Source of the DNA: Hemiscyllium ocellatum
Taxonomy: Eukaryota
DNA length: 64,000 nt
Reading direction: 5' to 3'
NCBI RefSeq assembly: GCF_020745735.1
Contig: NC_083408.1
Span: 83,482,484-83,546,483 of the forward strand
Shown: in pieces, positions 26,190 through 40,262 of the stretch
Position numbering within the stretch: position 1 is the first letter of the stretch
How the letters are laid out: the number at the start of each line of letters is the position of its first letter
Notes under the pieces: model-generated
What the model saw: only the letters and a program-made list of their open reading frames with translations
Databases searched by the model: none
What the model was told of the DNA's origin: nothing
Made by a program: the position numbers and the translations under genes

Positions 26190-27028
26190 CCGAAAATCAA
26201 TCTAAGATCAGTCAGTTGAGAAACTATCCATATCATTCTCAGATCACCCTCTTTGCTACAATGAACATATTCCGTAAAGGTTAGGTGATAAATCGATCCA
26301 GAAGTAATTGTGGGTAAAACTGGCCAATTGTGCATCACTATGCCAGATTAGCCTTAGATATTTGCCTAGTGTCCAGGGAAGCCAACTATCCATCCCAATC
26401 CTTTTCCAATTTATGAACATATTAGTGAAGTTCTTTGTAAAAGCTGCATTCAAGAGCCATCAATCCTGCAAAAATCAATCTGATGTCAGAATATTTCTGA
26501 ACTTAATAGCAATCAAAGTTATTCAACAAAATTACTTAATGTCTTCCACTTCCATGCAATATGTAGAAACTCAACAGCTGCTAAACACCGATAAAGAAAT
26601 TCAGAAAACTTTCCAAGAAGGAGGACATAAATATATTCCCCAATGATGACTAGGAGATAGGACAGTATCAGGTCTGCTGCCTGTCTGTCTGGTGGAAATA
26701 GAAAAAGGGCCTTCTGGCTGCACCACTTGGCTGGCGGTATGTTTGCCAACCCCATCTGATTTGGAATGGGAAAATTCCAATTAAGGTTTCTCATCAGCAT
26801 ATGGAAGGACCTAACACTTGTTTTATTTGGCTGTCCTAGACACTTGGCAATGATCTGAGGTTAATCAGGCGTTGTGCCACCAAAATTGGTCAGCTTTACC
26901 CATTCTGGCTTTCTGATTCCATTTATTATCTAACATCTCTCACAGAAGATGTCCATCGTAGCCAATTGGACAACCTGAGAATGAGATGGATAGTTTCTAA
27001 ACTGATTAATATAAATTCAATGTTGAGG
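26190..27028. repeat. Ancient long inverted repeat (~200-bp arms, ~440-bp spacer)
   Basis: 26190-26385 aligns by eye with the reverse complement of 26827-27028, e.g. tcagttgagaaactatccatatcattctcag vs tcagtttagaaactatccatctcattctcag. Confidence 0.8.
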
Positions 27029-28129
27029 AAAGGTTGATGTGTTTCATCATCTTTAACTATGGTTCACATTAATAACAAACTGCAGTGTGCTTGTGCCAGA
27101 AGTTAAATATTTGAACGATAAGCTTACTCATTCTACAATTCAGGACAGAGTTTAAACTATCTTCATTGACGTTGTCTGTCTTTGTAAATGTGAACAATCT
27201 ATTTTAAGATTAGTTACGCGAGTTTTTTGAATGAACTCGATAAGAGTTCAGAAGACATGAATATAATTCATAAATTCCTACAGGGCCTAAGGATATGTGG
27301 AATAGACTTAATTTATGAGCTCAGTTTACAGATACTTGCCTTCACTGAGAGTTTTCATGATCTGTCACAATTTCAACAGGTGATCAGGTGTACTCCTGGG
27401 GAGATGTTTTAAATGTGTAAAAAATGGTTATTGTGTCTGGAGTTCCACTCAGCAGCACAGGTTTAAAGCAGACTACTGGCAACTGTAACTGGTTTGCTGT
27501 CACTGAGGATGATATTCTACACAGTGAACATTTAATCATTCCCAACCTATCAAGTTGACTAAAATCTCTCAGGAACATCAGCCATCAAGAAAAAGTCAAA
27601 AGTAAAGGCCCTCACAGAAAGAAAATACAGTTACCAGATGGAAGAAACTATTGAAAGGTGTATCTGCTGTTAGGTGACAGCTGACAAGGGACAACAGCTG
27701 AACTCAAGGCAACATGAATTCCTTTTAGGTCAATCCAATTATCTACGGCAGAGAGGGAGCCTGAGCTCCTGCCACTGGAAAACTATGTCTTGGTTGTGGT
27801 TGACAATGATTCTAGTGATTGAAATATGGGCCAGGAATTTCAGTTCTGCATTGTCCAATTCTGTTAAAGGAAAGGAGCAGAATTCATCTGGCAGAAGTTT
27901 AACAATTAGAAAAGTAATTTCAAAAAGTGAAACATCACCTTAAATTTCATTGCATTAATTCAGTAAATCAGTGTAGGTAGTTAAAACAGAGTAAAGTAGT
28001 AAGGAGGTGGTTTTGGAGACAGAGTATTTGAAATTATATGAAGAGTTTGAGATTCTGTTCTCTGGAGAAGAGGGAGCTGAGGAAAGAATCTATTGGGATA
28101 TTTCCATTTCTTAAATAAATAGAAAGTTT

Positions 28130-28760
28130 GAACCATAATGATATGTTACATAAGAGCTCAACAATTCAATCCTCTGAACCTGCTCTGCCATTTGATACAA
28201 TCATTGTTGATCTTACCTTAGCTTCAATACTACTTTGTTGCCTGCTCTCCATAACCTTTGAACACATTAAGAATGAAAGATCTGTCTATCTCCACCTTGA
28301 ATTTACTCCATGTTCCAGCAGCTACCACACTCTGGGATAAAGAATTCCACAGATTCATAGAACATAGAACATTACAGTGCAGTACAGGCCCTTCGGCCCT
28401 CGATGTTGCGCCAATCTGTGGACCAATCTGAAGCCCATCTAACCTACACTATTCCATTTTCGTCCATATGCCTATCCAATAACCATTTAAACAGCCTTGA
28501 AGTTGGCAAGTCTACTAATGTTGCAGGCAATATGTTCTACGCTCATACTACTCTCTGAGTAGAGAAACTACCTCAGACATCTGTCCTATATCTATCACCT
28601 CAATGTAAAGTTATGGCCCCTTCTGCTAGTCATCTCCATCGAGGAAAAGGGGTCTCACTGTCCAACCTATCTAACCCTCTGATCATCTTATATGTCTCAA
28701 TTAATTCGTGACCTTTTGAGGTCTCTGTTTTAATTTCATCTCCATTATCCTAAAACTTGC
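28130..28760 (-). mobile_element. Old CR1-like 3' end containing a younger CR1 3' fragment (~28355-28705)
   Basis: catagaacatagaac tail plus ggcccttcggccctcgatg; flanks resemble the CR1 3' UTR at 39791. Confidence 0.7.
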
Positions 28761-29424
28761 GGGTTATTGGCTCATAGAACTGTGCAAGCTTTTTATGAAT
28801 ACCCAATTTGTTATTTGGCAGTGAGAAGACATTTATAACTCAAAAGGCTCTTAATAAAGCAGCCTGTGATCAAGCAGAGCATTTGAATTAGACGACCCGA
28901 CCATGCACTGAGTGGATTAGTTGGTTGCTTGGAAAAGAAATCTGAAAGGCTCTGCCATCACTACTAGCCAGATCTGAGAGACAGAGAGGGAGAAAGAAAG
29001 AGAGATCACAGAAGAATGCATTATCAATGTCAACTACATTTGGAAACTTCAGATGAAATCCAGCTACTGATGAAAGTAACTCAAGGACTGAACCATTGAG
29101 TGGGAACTGAAAGATCCATATATCGGAGACTTAGTTGGAAAGACTGTAAGATCACACTGTTACCATATTTGTGTGGGATGTAATATGAATACTTGTAATT
29201 ACGTGATATGTATCTTTGCATTCACTACTTCAAGTGAAATTTCCTTTTTTGAGAAGAGGTATTATTTGTTTGTTAATTAATGTTTGAATTATGTTGGTTT
29301 GCACTGATTTATTAGAATGCAAGCTTTAAAAAATGAAATCTAATTCATTGGTTTTCTTTCCACTGTCATCATGGGGATTATTTTCTCTTAAATGATTATC
29401 AATCTTTACAGGGATTGTAACAAT

Positions 29425-29760
29425 TGTGTCTAGTACACACTACTGCCAATTTGCATTGATGGTGAAGGTAGTGAATACTTAGGAAGCTGTATATGCCACT
29501 GATTGGGAGGATTGGTTAGCCCCAGATTGTGTCACGTTTCTTCAACGTTCTGAAACTGCATTCATCTGGGAAAGTGGAAAGTATTCCGATGCATTCCAGA
29601 ATTTGTTTTTTTTGATGGTGAACAGGTTTTGGGGAGTCAGGAGTTGAATTTCTTATTGCACAAATCCCAGCCTCTAATCTGTTCTTATAATCACAATGTT
29701 TATATATGACTGGTCCAGTTACATTTCTGGTCCACAGTGATCTCTCAGAATGTTTATGAT
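29425..29760 (-). mobile_element. Old LINE internal fragment, probably the same family as 2425-2820
   Basis: Begins with tacacactactgcca...tggtgaaggtagtgaat, overlapping the end of the 2425-2820 copy. Confidence 0.4.
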
Positions 29761-30559
29761 CTGCTTTTCTTTATAGTTAACAGGAAGGTATGTTTTATCT
29801 GTCTTTTGTTTTTATGAGGAATGGACTAACTAAATTATAATGTAATTAAAAAGCAACTTACAAATACAATTTGAATGCTTTTTGATACACAAGGCTTTCT
29901 TTGCTGCTGTCCCAGACAGTGTTATGTAAATTTCTTTCTCTGAATCATGCTTAAATGTTAGATCAAATATTTTACTTTTCTGTAAACATTTTAATTGAAT
30001 GCACATCATTCATCTCAATGCATATTCATTGTACATTTCTTGTAGAATTCAATAGTTACTTGCAGTGATAAAAATAATCCAAAAAAATATTGTCAGGTCT
30101 TGCTTTTTCTTGCCAATGTATCGCTTGTGACCCATGTGTTAGTTAGTTCTTTTCAAAATGGAGCAGCTAAAAGGTCTCTTAATATCCTTACTAAGTGTTA
30201 CTTCTGAAGTAGGTCCATTAACAGTTGCAACCATTGATATTGAAATCACGTGCAGTTATCTGCAGTAATTCTCAACATTTGTAGTCTCCACTATCTTTAG
30301 TGTCTGCTGGGTTGCTAAGGGTGTTTGAAAGCAAGACCCACAAACATTCAGTGCGGCTCCTCAAGTCCTCTACATTTGATACAAGATCCACACTTTAAAA
30401 AGGATTTATTTTGATAAGAGCACTTCTGTTCGTAACTCAGATCCTTTCAAAATTATACCTTTGATCAAAAATAATTCTCTAAATAACGTGGGCCAATGCT
30501 ATTTTTAAAGGTTCAGAAGACTGATGCCACCAATTTACTAAAATAAGATACATAAAGAA

Positions 30560-30729
30560 TGATTTGGAGATGCTGGTGTTGGACTGGGGTGGACAAAGTT
30601 AAAAATCACACAACACCAGGTTATAATCCAATGAGGTTTATTTGAAAGCACTAGCACCTGATGAAGGAGCAGCGCTCTGAAAGCTAGTGCTTCCAAACAA
30701 ACCTGCTGGACTATAACCTGGTGTTGTGT
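30560..30729. mobile_element. Palindromic Penelope pLTR insertion, family A
   Basis: Inverted arms; TSD gatacataaagaa at 30547-30559 and 30730-30742. Confidence 0.88.
30654..30690 (+). ncRNA. Minimal type I hammerhead ribozyme
   Basis: GCAC-CUGAUGA-A-GGAGC-AGC-GCUCU-GAAAGCUA-GUGC. Confidence 0.7.
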
Positions 30730-30742
30730 GATACATAAAGAA

Positions 30743-31160
30743 AGGCTGGATTGGCTGGGATCTTTTTCCACTGGAGCATAGGAGGTTGAGAGGCAACCTA
30801 ATAGAAGTTTATAAAATAACAAAGGGCATAGATAGAGTTAATGGTAGTTGGTGCCTTCCTGAGATGGAGGATTTCAAGACTAGGCAGCACACATTTAAGG
30901 TGAAATGGAGAGAGAGTTAAAAAAGATATGAGGTGCAAAACTTTCACACAGAGGATATTTTGCGCGTGTGAAACGAACATCCAGAGGAAGTGATGGAAGT
31001 CGGTACATTTACAGCGTTTAAAGGAGATTTGGATATGTACACAAATCGGAAAGATTTGGAAGGATATGGGCCAGGAGCACACAGGTGGCCAATTTTAATT
31101 TGAGATTACGTTCGGCATGGACTGGTTGGACTGAAGGGTCTGTTTCCATGCTGTAAGATG
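30743..31160 (+). mobile_element. CR1 3' end fragment
   Basis: LRGNLIEVYKI region plus 3' UTR ggcatggactggttggactgaagggtctgtttccatgctgta, as at 24397-24438. Confidence 0.88.
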
Positions 31161-32984
31161 CAATTACCTCTTGTAAGAAGAATGATAAAAGAAGGAGGAT
31201 TAAAACAAAATGTAACAATTTACTGCTTAGAAATAGTATATTCTGCTAGAATAGATAGATCTAATCAAAAATGAGGATGTTAAAGAAATATATTGCATGG
31301 AAAAATGGCAAATTAATTGAACAAATAGCTAGGGGTTCCTCACTACCTAATTTCCATCAACGTATTTGAATTTTTATTTGACCAATAATTCCTGATAAAA
31401 TATGTACTTTAATTACACAAAGTCAGTATGCCTCAAGCTCAGTTTTGATGAGGATGTTTGGTGTTTAACTTTTCAATCCTTTTTAAGGTATTTGTAGAAG
31501 TTCTGTTAATTCCCAATGATCTGAAATTCCAAAACGTAGGAATGGAACAAATGCTTTGCCCTGATTTCCTGTTTCGTGCTGTCCCCAATGAATCATTGTC
31601 CAAATAATAAGTAAAATGCTGAAGCTGATAGTTCATTTTAGAGAGTTTCTGTCCCTTACCTCTTCTTTTTTATTCCCTAGTTCACCCTCTCCAATATAGA
31701 ACTGCCCTGTTGAAAGCAGCAAACCATAAACTATACTGATTATTCCAAAAATGATCTAATCAGAAAGCAATTCAAGGTTGGAATAACTTATTTCATCCTG
31801 GTAGATAAGTGCCCTGGGATGAATCCTAGATAACAGATTGGAACGATTAGAAATTGTCATTGAATGATTAACAATCAGAATCAAATTCTGTTCCTTCATT
31901 TTTGTTCCTGCAATATATCTGGGGAGGATGACAGAATAATGTTCAAGTGTAATAACTTGTTGGCAGCATGTTGCCTGTACATTTTCCTAAAGCATGTGAT
32001 TTGACTGAATTGCTCATGTGGATGGGATTTTTGCTCCAAAGTCTGACGGATGATAGATACTGGATGGCAATAATAAATAATATTTCCATTCTTTAGCTTC
32101 CAAAATAAAACAGCTCCCAATTATTCATTCCATAAACACTTGTCCAAAATTACAATGATACCCAGAATGTAGAATTGTAGAGTAAGGTCACATATTATTG
32201 AAAGGTTTAAGGAAACCTATTTGCAAGTTCTGATTAATACATTGCTGGTGCATTGTAACATCTCCAGATACTTACAAGGATGTAAAAATTATCCTTGGTT
32301 AAAGATGGACTCACTGCCAACAGCTTGTATGAATGATTATGCTAAATCAGATCGTGAGAGCTGTGTGATATATTTTCTTCTGTAAAGTGAATCCTAAGTA
32401 GATTTCTGAGCAATTTTTTACAGAGTGTTGCGATAAGTCATTATAGATTATTTGACCAAAAATAATTTATATTATATGATTGAATGAATGTATTAAAATA
32501 CTGTAAAAATTATTAATCCCAAACAGCCTTGCAATATAAATGAAAACCAACTGTAAACAAGTTAAATTCAAATGATGAATTCATCAGTAATTTGCAGTAA
32601 CTGTTTGGAAATCATCTTTAATCACCCAATGCAGCAAGCAAAGCTGCTGTTCTGATATAAAAGGTTGCTTCAATCAAACTTTGTTTAAATCACCATTGAC
32701 TTGGTTTCATCAACTCCCAGTTGATGTGATTTATTTCATCGCTACAGGAAAGGGATACAACAGCATATTCATCGATCAGTTGGGTATCAGAAACTGCTTC
32801 ATCAATTGAATGTCATCAATTAGTGATTTCTTTTTACTGAGTTTCACTGAGTTCTCACCGTTCTCTTGTGTAAAGGAGATTGACAAGGGAAGAATAGGAA
32901 AAAACCTTGTACAGTGCTTTTAGGAATATGCTTATCCAATACCTTACTAGGTTCACTCCCCGTGCAGCCTGAGGAGGAACATGA

Positions 32985-33335
32985 TTCTTACGTGGGATGT
33001 ATGTGTATCACCTGCAAGGCTGGCAATTTTCCCATCCCTAATTATCCTTGAACCAAATGATTTGCTGAAGCCATTTTGGGGGGAGAGGAATGGGAATGTT
33101 TCATGTTGCTGTGGACTTGAAATCACATAGATGCCAGATTGGGTAACAGCATCAGATTTCCTTACTTTGTGATTGAGATGGGTTTTTATGACAATTGGCA
33201 ATGAGTATATCATTGCCAATAGATTAGTTTTTATTTCTAGATTTTTAGTGAATTAAAATTTTACCATGGTGTGATGTGAATATATAGCCTGACCCTTTGG
33301 ATTGCTACCCCAGTGATAGTATCACTGTGCCATAC
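32985..33335 (-). mobile_element. Old tRNA-derived SINE (second family)
   Basis: Reverse complement begins tggcacagtgatac (A-box-like); tail shared with the LINE end at 2425; homologous to 39712-40262. Confidence 0.5.
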
Positions 33336-33937
33336 CTGGCCTTTGGTGACTGGGTGTCATGAGATGGAATCTCAGCAGTCATTAGGAAGGGGTCTTTGGA
33401 TTCAATTGAGGCACCAGTGGAATTGGGGTTGAGGGCTTCCAATAGAGATCAGGGCTTCAAATGTGATTGAGGAAAAGCTGGTGTTGGGGGCTCAAGGGCT
33501 ACCTACGATGGACTGGGTGTTACATCAATATTGAGTGTAAGCTGAAGCTGGGGATGCCAGGGGGTAAATTGGGCCTAATGTTATCCAAGGACTGTATTGA
33601 GCATTCCTGCTCACCCTGATTCACAAGGACTTATAACAGAAGCAATTGGTCTACACTTCCCATGACCTCTTCTGACCAATCAATGTATCCTGGTTTTGTT
33701 TGCTAGGCAGTTGACTGGGTCAGGATTTCCATGATATAAAATTAAAATTATGTTGCAATATTAATTTTAAAAACTGAGCCATAGGTTTTGAATTCTAAGT
33801 AAGCCCTTGCCTGCATGCCTTGTTGACGGAATAATTTATCCATGTAAATGTTGGGAACAATACAGTTTGGAACCAGAGGCTGAAATTTAACGCATTCACG
33901 TGCACCATTCTTGCTCAATGAGCAGTTGGAAATCATT

Positions 33938-34035
33938 TTCTGGATCAGTGGTGCTGGAAGAGCACAGCAGTTCAGGCAGCATCCAACGAGCAGCGAAATC
34001 GACGTTTCGGGCAAAAGCCCTTCATATTTTTATCT
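33938..34035 (-). mobile_element. Penelope family B-like pLTR mini-copy truncated inside the hammerhead core
   Basis: ...cgacgtttcgggcaaaagcccttcat; 14-bp TSD agttggaaatcatt at 33924-33937 and 34036-34049. Confidence 0.85.
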
Positions 34036-35339
34036 AGTTGGAAATCATTGCCTGAACTACAAGAGGAAGCCATTCAGTCCCTTTTTGCTTTGCAATCACA
34101 TTTTTGGGGAAACAATTTGCATATCTTCATGACCACTTCTATGAAATTGTGAGAAATGGTGTAGCTCTAATTACAAACTTTCATCCAGGATTTCTGACCC
34201 CCAGTAAGAAATATCTTGGGTTGTGGGAGAGTGGGGGAATGCACATAAAATTTGATGATTGGCTAATCTTACTCAGCACTGAGTCCAAACTGTACAATAA
34301 AGCACCCAATAGTCTGTCCACCCTTAGACATCATGAAACCCTGAACTGCCCACATAAGGGGCATTTAAGGGTCAAATTCAGCCTCTGCCATCATTATACA
34401 ATTGGCAGGGAAGACCAATGAAAGTAGGCAGGCACCTTTTTCACTAATTCTGGTGAAAAGGTGAGAGGTTTTGAGGTGGGGGCTTCCTACTTGGAGAGGT
34501 GCCTCGTGTGTATCAAACATCAGTAGAAACATTGACCGTGAACTGAATCACTTTAAAAATACCTGCCCTATTGTGATTGATGGTAGCCCCCACATTGAGC
34601 TTCCCAAATCCTAGATCTCCAAAAACTGACAGCCCGTCTCACCCCACGACAGGGTGCTTAGTTTCTCTTGTCCAAAATCCCCACAGCTGCATTAGTCTAG
34701 TGTCTGTAGTCTCCTCTTTGATGGACTGCTTTCTGGCAGCACCCACTAGCATATCCTTGTGATTCTGTGACTATAGGTGCTGCTGATTTGTTGGGCAGAT
34801 GTGAAAGGAAGAATTCTTTCTGCTGAGGGGCAGAAGTCTCATGCTGGCCATGTTATTGCCAGCTGCTGTGCAGGTAGTTTTAAAGCTGGTTGGTTCACAA
34901 TGAATATTTCTACTGGGATGAGCAATACAATCATACTCCCTATACAATCTAGCCCGTCGTGTCACTTGTATGCTGTATAAACACCTAGAGAATTGGACTC
35001 TGTAGCACTGCTGCTGCCAGACCTTTTTGCTGTAGTTTATTCCTCAGAGATATGCCACTGGTTTTATGCAATGCTTTTAAAATATCTTACACATTCAGTT
35101 CAGCTTCTTTTTTCTCCTTAACTACACTCAAGCTTCACTAACAGCCACAGAGAATAGCTAATAGCAAGCAGAATTAAACATTAAACAGTTCGATACAACA
35201 GTTCTCCCCTCCAAAATAAAGTAACTTATTTTAAATTAAGCCACCAAAAATAACAAACATATGTAGATTGAATCATTCATAGAAACCAACATATCCACAC
35301 CAGAGCTATGCTAACCTTCTGTTATTTATTGCCATCTGA

Positions 35340-35800
35340 TGTCAAAAAAGTGCTGATGCTACATGATACTGCAGAGACACTGGGCCCTGATAACATTCTG
35401 GCAATAGTACTGAAGATTGTGCTACAGGATTATTTGTATCCATAGCTACGCTGTTCCATTATAGCTATTCCACTGGCATTTACCTGCAAATGTGAAAAAT
35501 TATCCAGGTTTGTCCGGTACTCAAAAAGCAAGTCGAATCCAACCTGACCAATTATCGTCCCATCAATCTACTCTCAATCATCAGCAAACTGTGCTTTTCA
35601 AGTGGCAATTACTCAGCAATAACCCGCTCACTGATGCCCTTTGGGAGTTCTGCCAGGGCCACGCACTTCATTACAGCTCAGGTCCAAATATGGGCAAAAG
35701 AACTGAACTCAAAAGGTGAGGTGAAAGTAACCATTCATGACTTGAAGGCATAATTTCAATGTGGCATCAAGGCTCGCTAGCAAAACAGGATGCAACTAAA
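35340..35800 (+). mobile_element. Old LINE RT N-terminal fragment
   Basis: GPDNILAIVLK...NYRPINLLSIISK motif; homologous to 51300-51390 and 52118-52500. Confidence 0.7.
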
Positions 35801-36279
35801 AATTTGTAAAACTAAATGTCACTTCTTCACCAGGAGTTTAGCCCACTTGAGCTTATGGCCAATATTTAACTAGTCGTTTTCATTACATTTTTTCAGTAAT
35901 TTGTTTAATTGCACACCCAATGCCCCTTAGTCCTCCATAACTGCAATACTTCCCTCATTAACAAAGAAACAGAGTTGTATTTCTGAGTGAACTTATCCCC
36001 CGTTACGTCCATCTAACACAGCTTTATTCACAAATTTGTCTGCCTCAGTCATTTTTCCTGCTCCCAACCACTTGCTGTTCCTCCTAACTTTGTTCCACAA
36101 TTTGTTATGCATCTCACTATTGTTGTTTCTTCTTCTACTTCTTGAGTTTTCTGTCAGAAAAATTCCAACCTAGAGCACCACAATGTGCACCAGAGAAATT
36201 CAGGTCTAAATATCTATTCCAGCTGGATTGGGAATCGTGCTTTTGGTAACCAGCCACTGACTCCACTCTAGCCAGACCC

Positions 36280-36600
36280 TGTCAAGCTTGCAGCGTAGAG
36301 CACTTGTGTGTACTGGAAGCCACATGCATTAATACACTGGGTTTTCTTCTTTACAAACAGAAATAACATGCATATGCATTATACCTATTTCAATTTTAAA
36401 AAAAGGTGACAGACAATGGTGGTTCAGTTCTTAGGGCATCACCCTGACCAAAGAGTCAACCAGTCTGGCTTAAATTATTTTTAAAAAACCTTGCAGTTAA
36501 CTGTCAATCCTTATTGACTGATGCATTCTCCATGACAATACCTCTATAAATTAGAATCCATTTGCCAACCAATCAGGACTTTGCTGTCATACAATACTTT
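36280..36600 (+). mobile_element. Old Penelope-like 3' fragment (family E)
   Basis: HLCVLEATCINTLG..LYKQK resembles a GIY-YIG C-terminus; downstream sequence is homologous to 43135-43220. Confidence 0.45.
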
Positions 36601-36779
36601 AACCTTGCAATGACTTCCACCTGCAAGTGCTTTTAGTGCAAATAGCCCTGATGAATGAAATACAATAACACTAATTTGGCCTTTTATCAGGCAATAACAA
36701 ATATCTATACCTTAACAAATAGACTTTGTTTGGGGAGAAATACCTGTAAATCAGTGTTTCACTTCCTCTGGCAGCTTAT

Positions 36780-36781
<2 letters not shown>

Positions 36782-36816
<35 letters not shown>
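36782..36816. repeat. (CA)n microsatellite
   Basis: About 17 CA units. Confidence 0.97.
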
Positions 36817-36818
<2 letters not shown>

Positions 36819-36825
36819 GTCACTT

Positions 36826-37030
36826 AGGTCCTTTTTTTAAAAATCTGTCCCCTTTCACCTTAAACCTATGCCTCTAGTTCTGGACACCCCCACCCAGGGG
36901 AAAAGACTTTGTCTATTTACCTTATCTATACAGCTTATGATTTTATAAATCTCTACAAGGTCACCCTTGAGCCTTTGATGCTCCAGGGAAAATAGCTCCA
37001 ACACACTCAGCCTCTCCCTGTAGCTCAAAC
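36826..37030 (-). mobile_element. CR1 RT C-terminal fragment
   Basis: Reverse-complement match to 24020-24230. Confidence 0.85.
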
Positions 37031-38622
37031 CCGAAGCAATGGAGGAGTAAACAAGAGTTATGAGAGAACTGAGACAATATTATGCTAAACAGCCTTTTCT
37101 ATCTCTGACATTTGAAGGCAATGAAAGCAATTAATTACATCCCTGACATCATAGAAGTCGGCAATCCTTGTAAGTTAACATGTTCTTGTTTTTTTCTTAT
37201 TCTCCATCACAATTGTGTTCATTCCTCTGAGAGGTATTTATACTCATTCTGATTTTGGTTGAAGAGCCAATATGTTAACCAATCTGCTCCCCTTTCAATC
37301 ACTAAAGGATGTGTCACCTTTTCCAGCAACTTCTGTTTTTATTTTATGTCAAAAATATGTTCACAAGTTAGCCCGTTCTTGCTCTTCTAAATCATATTTA
37401 TAACTGAGGACAAACGTCTGGGTATATTAAGATACTAGCCATTTGCATCAGCACCAATACAGTAAGTTGGTTCCTGTCACTGAATGCATTGTGTTAAATC
37501 ATAAAACTGCATTTTACATTTAATACATCCTGAGTAGATAGATATAGTAAATGCATGTTATGCAGTATTAAAACTGATGTTTAGTCAATTATAAAGTATG
37601 CTAAAATTAGTTTGATGCTTTTTTTGTAATGTTTTGTTTGAAAACTGCATGTTATCTTCAGTTATTAATTGGATAAATAGACCAGAATTTTTTTTATGTT
37701 GACAGTTTTAATGCAATGGAGCCTACATAATATCGTTCAGGTTCTTTGATTTTGACCCTTGATGCTGTCACTTCCAATGTCCATAAATAACCTGTGAGTG
37801 TCAAAAAGGATAATGTCATCAGAGAAACTGCAGAAGAGCAAACTGACAGCTCTGCGAAAGAATGTTTTAGCTGAAATGAAGAATAGCAAAAAGCTTAATG
37901 CTATAAGGCTACATTGGGGTTAGCCAGTTTGAAACATTAATTATTGAAATGTTTTTCTATCTCTGACTTCTACGCATCAGCATGCATTTTATTCAAGTTG
38001 ATACCTTGTGATTTGCAATTAAACAGAAAGCATAGTTCTTGGTCCTAAACGCAAACATACCTCAGGTTTAAATTTTGATTTGGCGAGTAGGAAAGTGCCA
38101 TAAATGATATGCTACATGGAGGTCAGAGTTTAATGCTGTACAGCATCTTGGCAATGCACTGACCATTCACAACTTTGAATGGGGTGCCCAGCAATCAGTA
38201 ATTTTTCAGAGATCCATTCAGATATGGGAAGGATATTTGAAATTCTTCATGTAATTTGTTTCATCTCGCATGGGTTACCTTTAATTAACCCCTACCTATG
38301 AATATGAATCTTTCAATGCAATGTTGGCCTGGAGCCATGGACAAGGCATCATTTCAACAAGCGTACATGTTCTCAGATCATATCAGGCTCGATTGCACTT
38401 AGTGACCATTTCTGCACAGCAGAGTGGTGCTTGCTTTGTGTTTCAATACAAGAGGTGACCTTTTAAATTACTGTTGCTTATATATTGCACTACTTCTTCA
38501 CGAGGTTAACCACTATTCTGAAATCTGTTTCCACAATGCAAATTGCGCCAATCCTTTACTGAATGTTGTGCACACGCACTGAAATGTTGCTTGACATCAA
38601 CTGAATCGGTTTCCTGTTGCAA

Positions 38623-38930
38623 TTAGATTACTTACAGTGTGGAAACAGGCCCTTCGGCCCAACAAGTCCACACCGACCCGCCGAAGTGCAACCCACCCAT
38701 ACCCCTACATTTGCCCCTTACCTAACACTATGGGCAATTTAGCCTGGCCAATTCACCTGACCCGCACATCTTTGTGACTGTGGGAGGAAACCGGAGCACC
38801 CGGAGGAAACCCACGCAGACACGGGGAGAACGTGCAAACTCCACACAGTCAATCGCCTGAGGCGGGAATTGAACCCGGGTCTCTGGCGCTGTGAGGCAGC
38901 AGTGCTAACCACTGTGCCACCGTGCCGCCC
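38623..38930 (-). mobile_element. HE1-type V-SINE, young
   Basis: Nearly identical to 7382-7700, with CpGs retained. Confidence 0.93.
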
Positions 38931-39174
38931 ACTTTTTGTCTCCTGATGTGGCACTGTGGCACTGTGCTCCAGACTTGCATTCCTGGGCTGTGAAACTTAA
39001 AGGTCAAAATTAACCCTGAGGGATTAATACCATGCTCATATTTTTGTCACATAACCATGGGATTTTAACCATTGGGATCAGCTGTTAGAGCAGTTCTTGA
39101 GAAAGGTGGCTGTTACTAGGCCAGGTTGGGTGGTGAGGTTAGTGAGAAGAAATCCATTGTTTTGTTAGTCCCCC

Positions 39175-39700
39175 TTACGTGTATTACCTCACAATTTTCC
39201 AGATAGAATTCCATTTTCATGGAGCTACCCACATTCATATCCTCCTGTAGTTGACAGCTATCCTTCTCATTACTTACCACTCAAACAATTTTTGTGTCAT
39301 TTGAAAATTTCTTGATCATATCCCTTACATTTCATCCAAATCACCAATGATGATAAACAGCATGAGCTCCAACACCAAGCCTTCTGGACCCCATAGAAAC
39401 AGACTCCCAGTCACAGAAAGATCCCTCTACCACCACCCTCTGCTTTCTTTCTCTCAGTCAATTGTGGGTCCAACTTCCAACTTTGCCTCAGATCTCATAG
39501 TTGTTGCTTATTTGATCTTATCAAATGCCTTGCTAAAGTCCATTTATACCACACAAAAGCAGTACCCTCATCAATACTCATTGTTACCCCCTCGAAAAAG
39601 AAATGATCAAATTTGTCAAATACAACCTCCTCTTAATAAATCCATGCTGGCTATCTCTAGTTAATCCATGTCTCTCCAGGTGCAGATATCTCTTGTCCCT
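39175..39700 (-). mobile_element. Degenerate CR1 RT fragment
   Basis: ttatcaaatgccttgctaaagtccatttata (MDFSKAFDK antisense) and adjacent RT motifs. Confidence 0.65.
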
Positions 39701-39711
39701 CTAAACTTATT

Positions 39712-40262
39712 CTTTATTCATTCCTGGAATATGGACATAACATTTTTTGCCCATCCCTAGTTGCCTCTGAATTGAATGGCTTGCTAGGTTATAGAAACAT
39801 AGAAACATTGAAGATAGGAGCTGGAGGAGGCCATTTGGACCTTTGAGCCGGCTCTGCCATTCGTCACAATCATGGCTGATCATCCAACTCGCCTAATCTC
39901 GCTTTATCCCCATAACCTTTGATCCCATTCGCCCAAAAGTGCTATATCTAGCCGCCCCTTGAATACATTCAATGTTTTGTTAATAACTATTTCCTGTGGC
40001 AATGAATTCCACAGACTTACAGATGTGAGCTAAGAGCCAACCACATTACTGTGGGTCTGGAATTACTTGAAGGCTAGACCACATAAGGACAACAGTTCCT
40101 TCCCTAAAGAACATTAGCAAATCTGATGGGTCTGTTTATGACAATGATTGACTAGTTATTATTAGGCTTCAAATTCCAGGCTTATTCAAATTTTGCCTTT
40201 TACTTTGCTTTGAACGCAAGCCCCAGAACATTATTCATCCAGTGACTATACCTCTAGACCAT
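39712..40262 (-). mobile_element. Old tRNA-derived SINE interrupted by a CR1 3' end (~39791-40020)
   Basis: Homology to 32985-33335; internal (atagaaac)n-tailed CR1 3' UTR. Confidence 0.55.

Noticed and set aside
28780-29422. Solo LTR ending gggattgtaaca
   Set aside because: Only the 3' end and composition are suggestive; 5' TG end and TSD not found
37700-37900. Conserved enhancer-like cluster of TGACAG/ATAAA motifs
   Set aside because: Cannot be distinguished from background without conservation data
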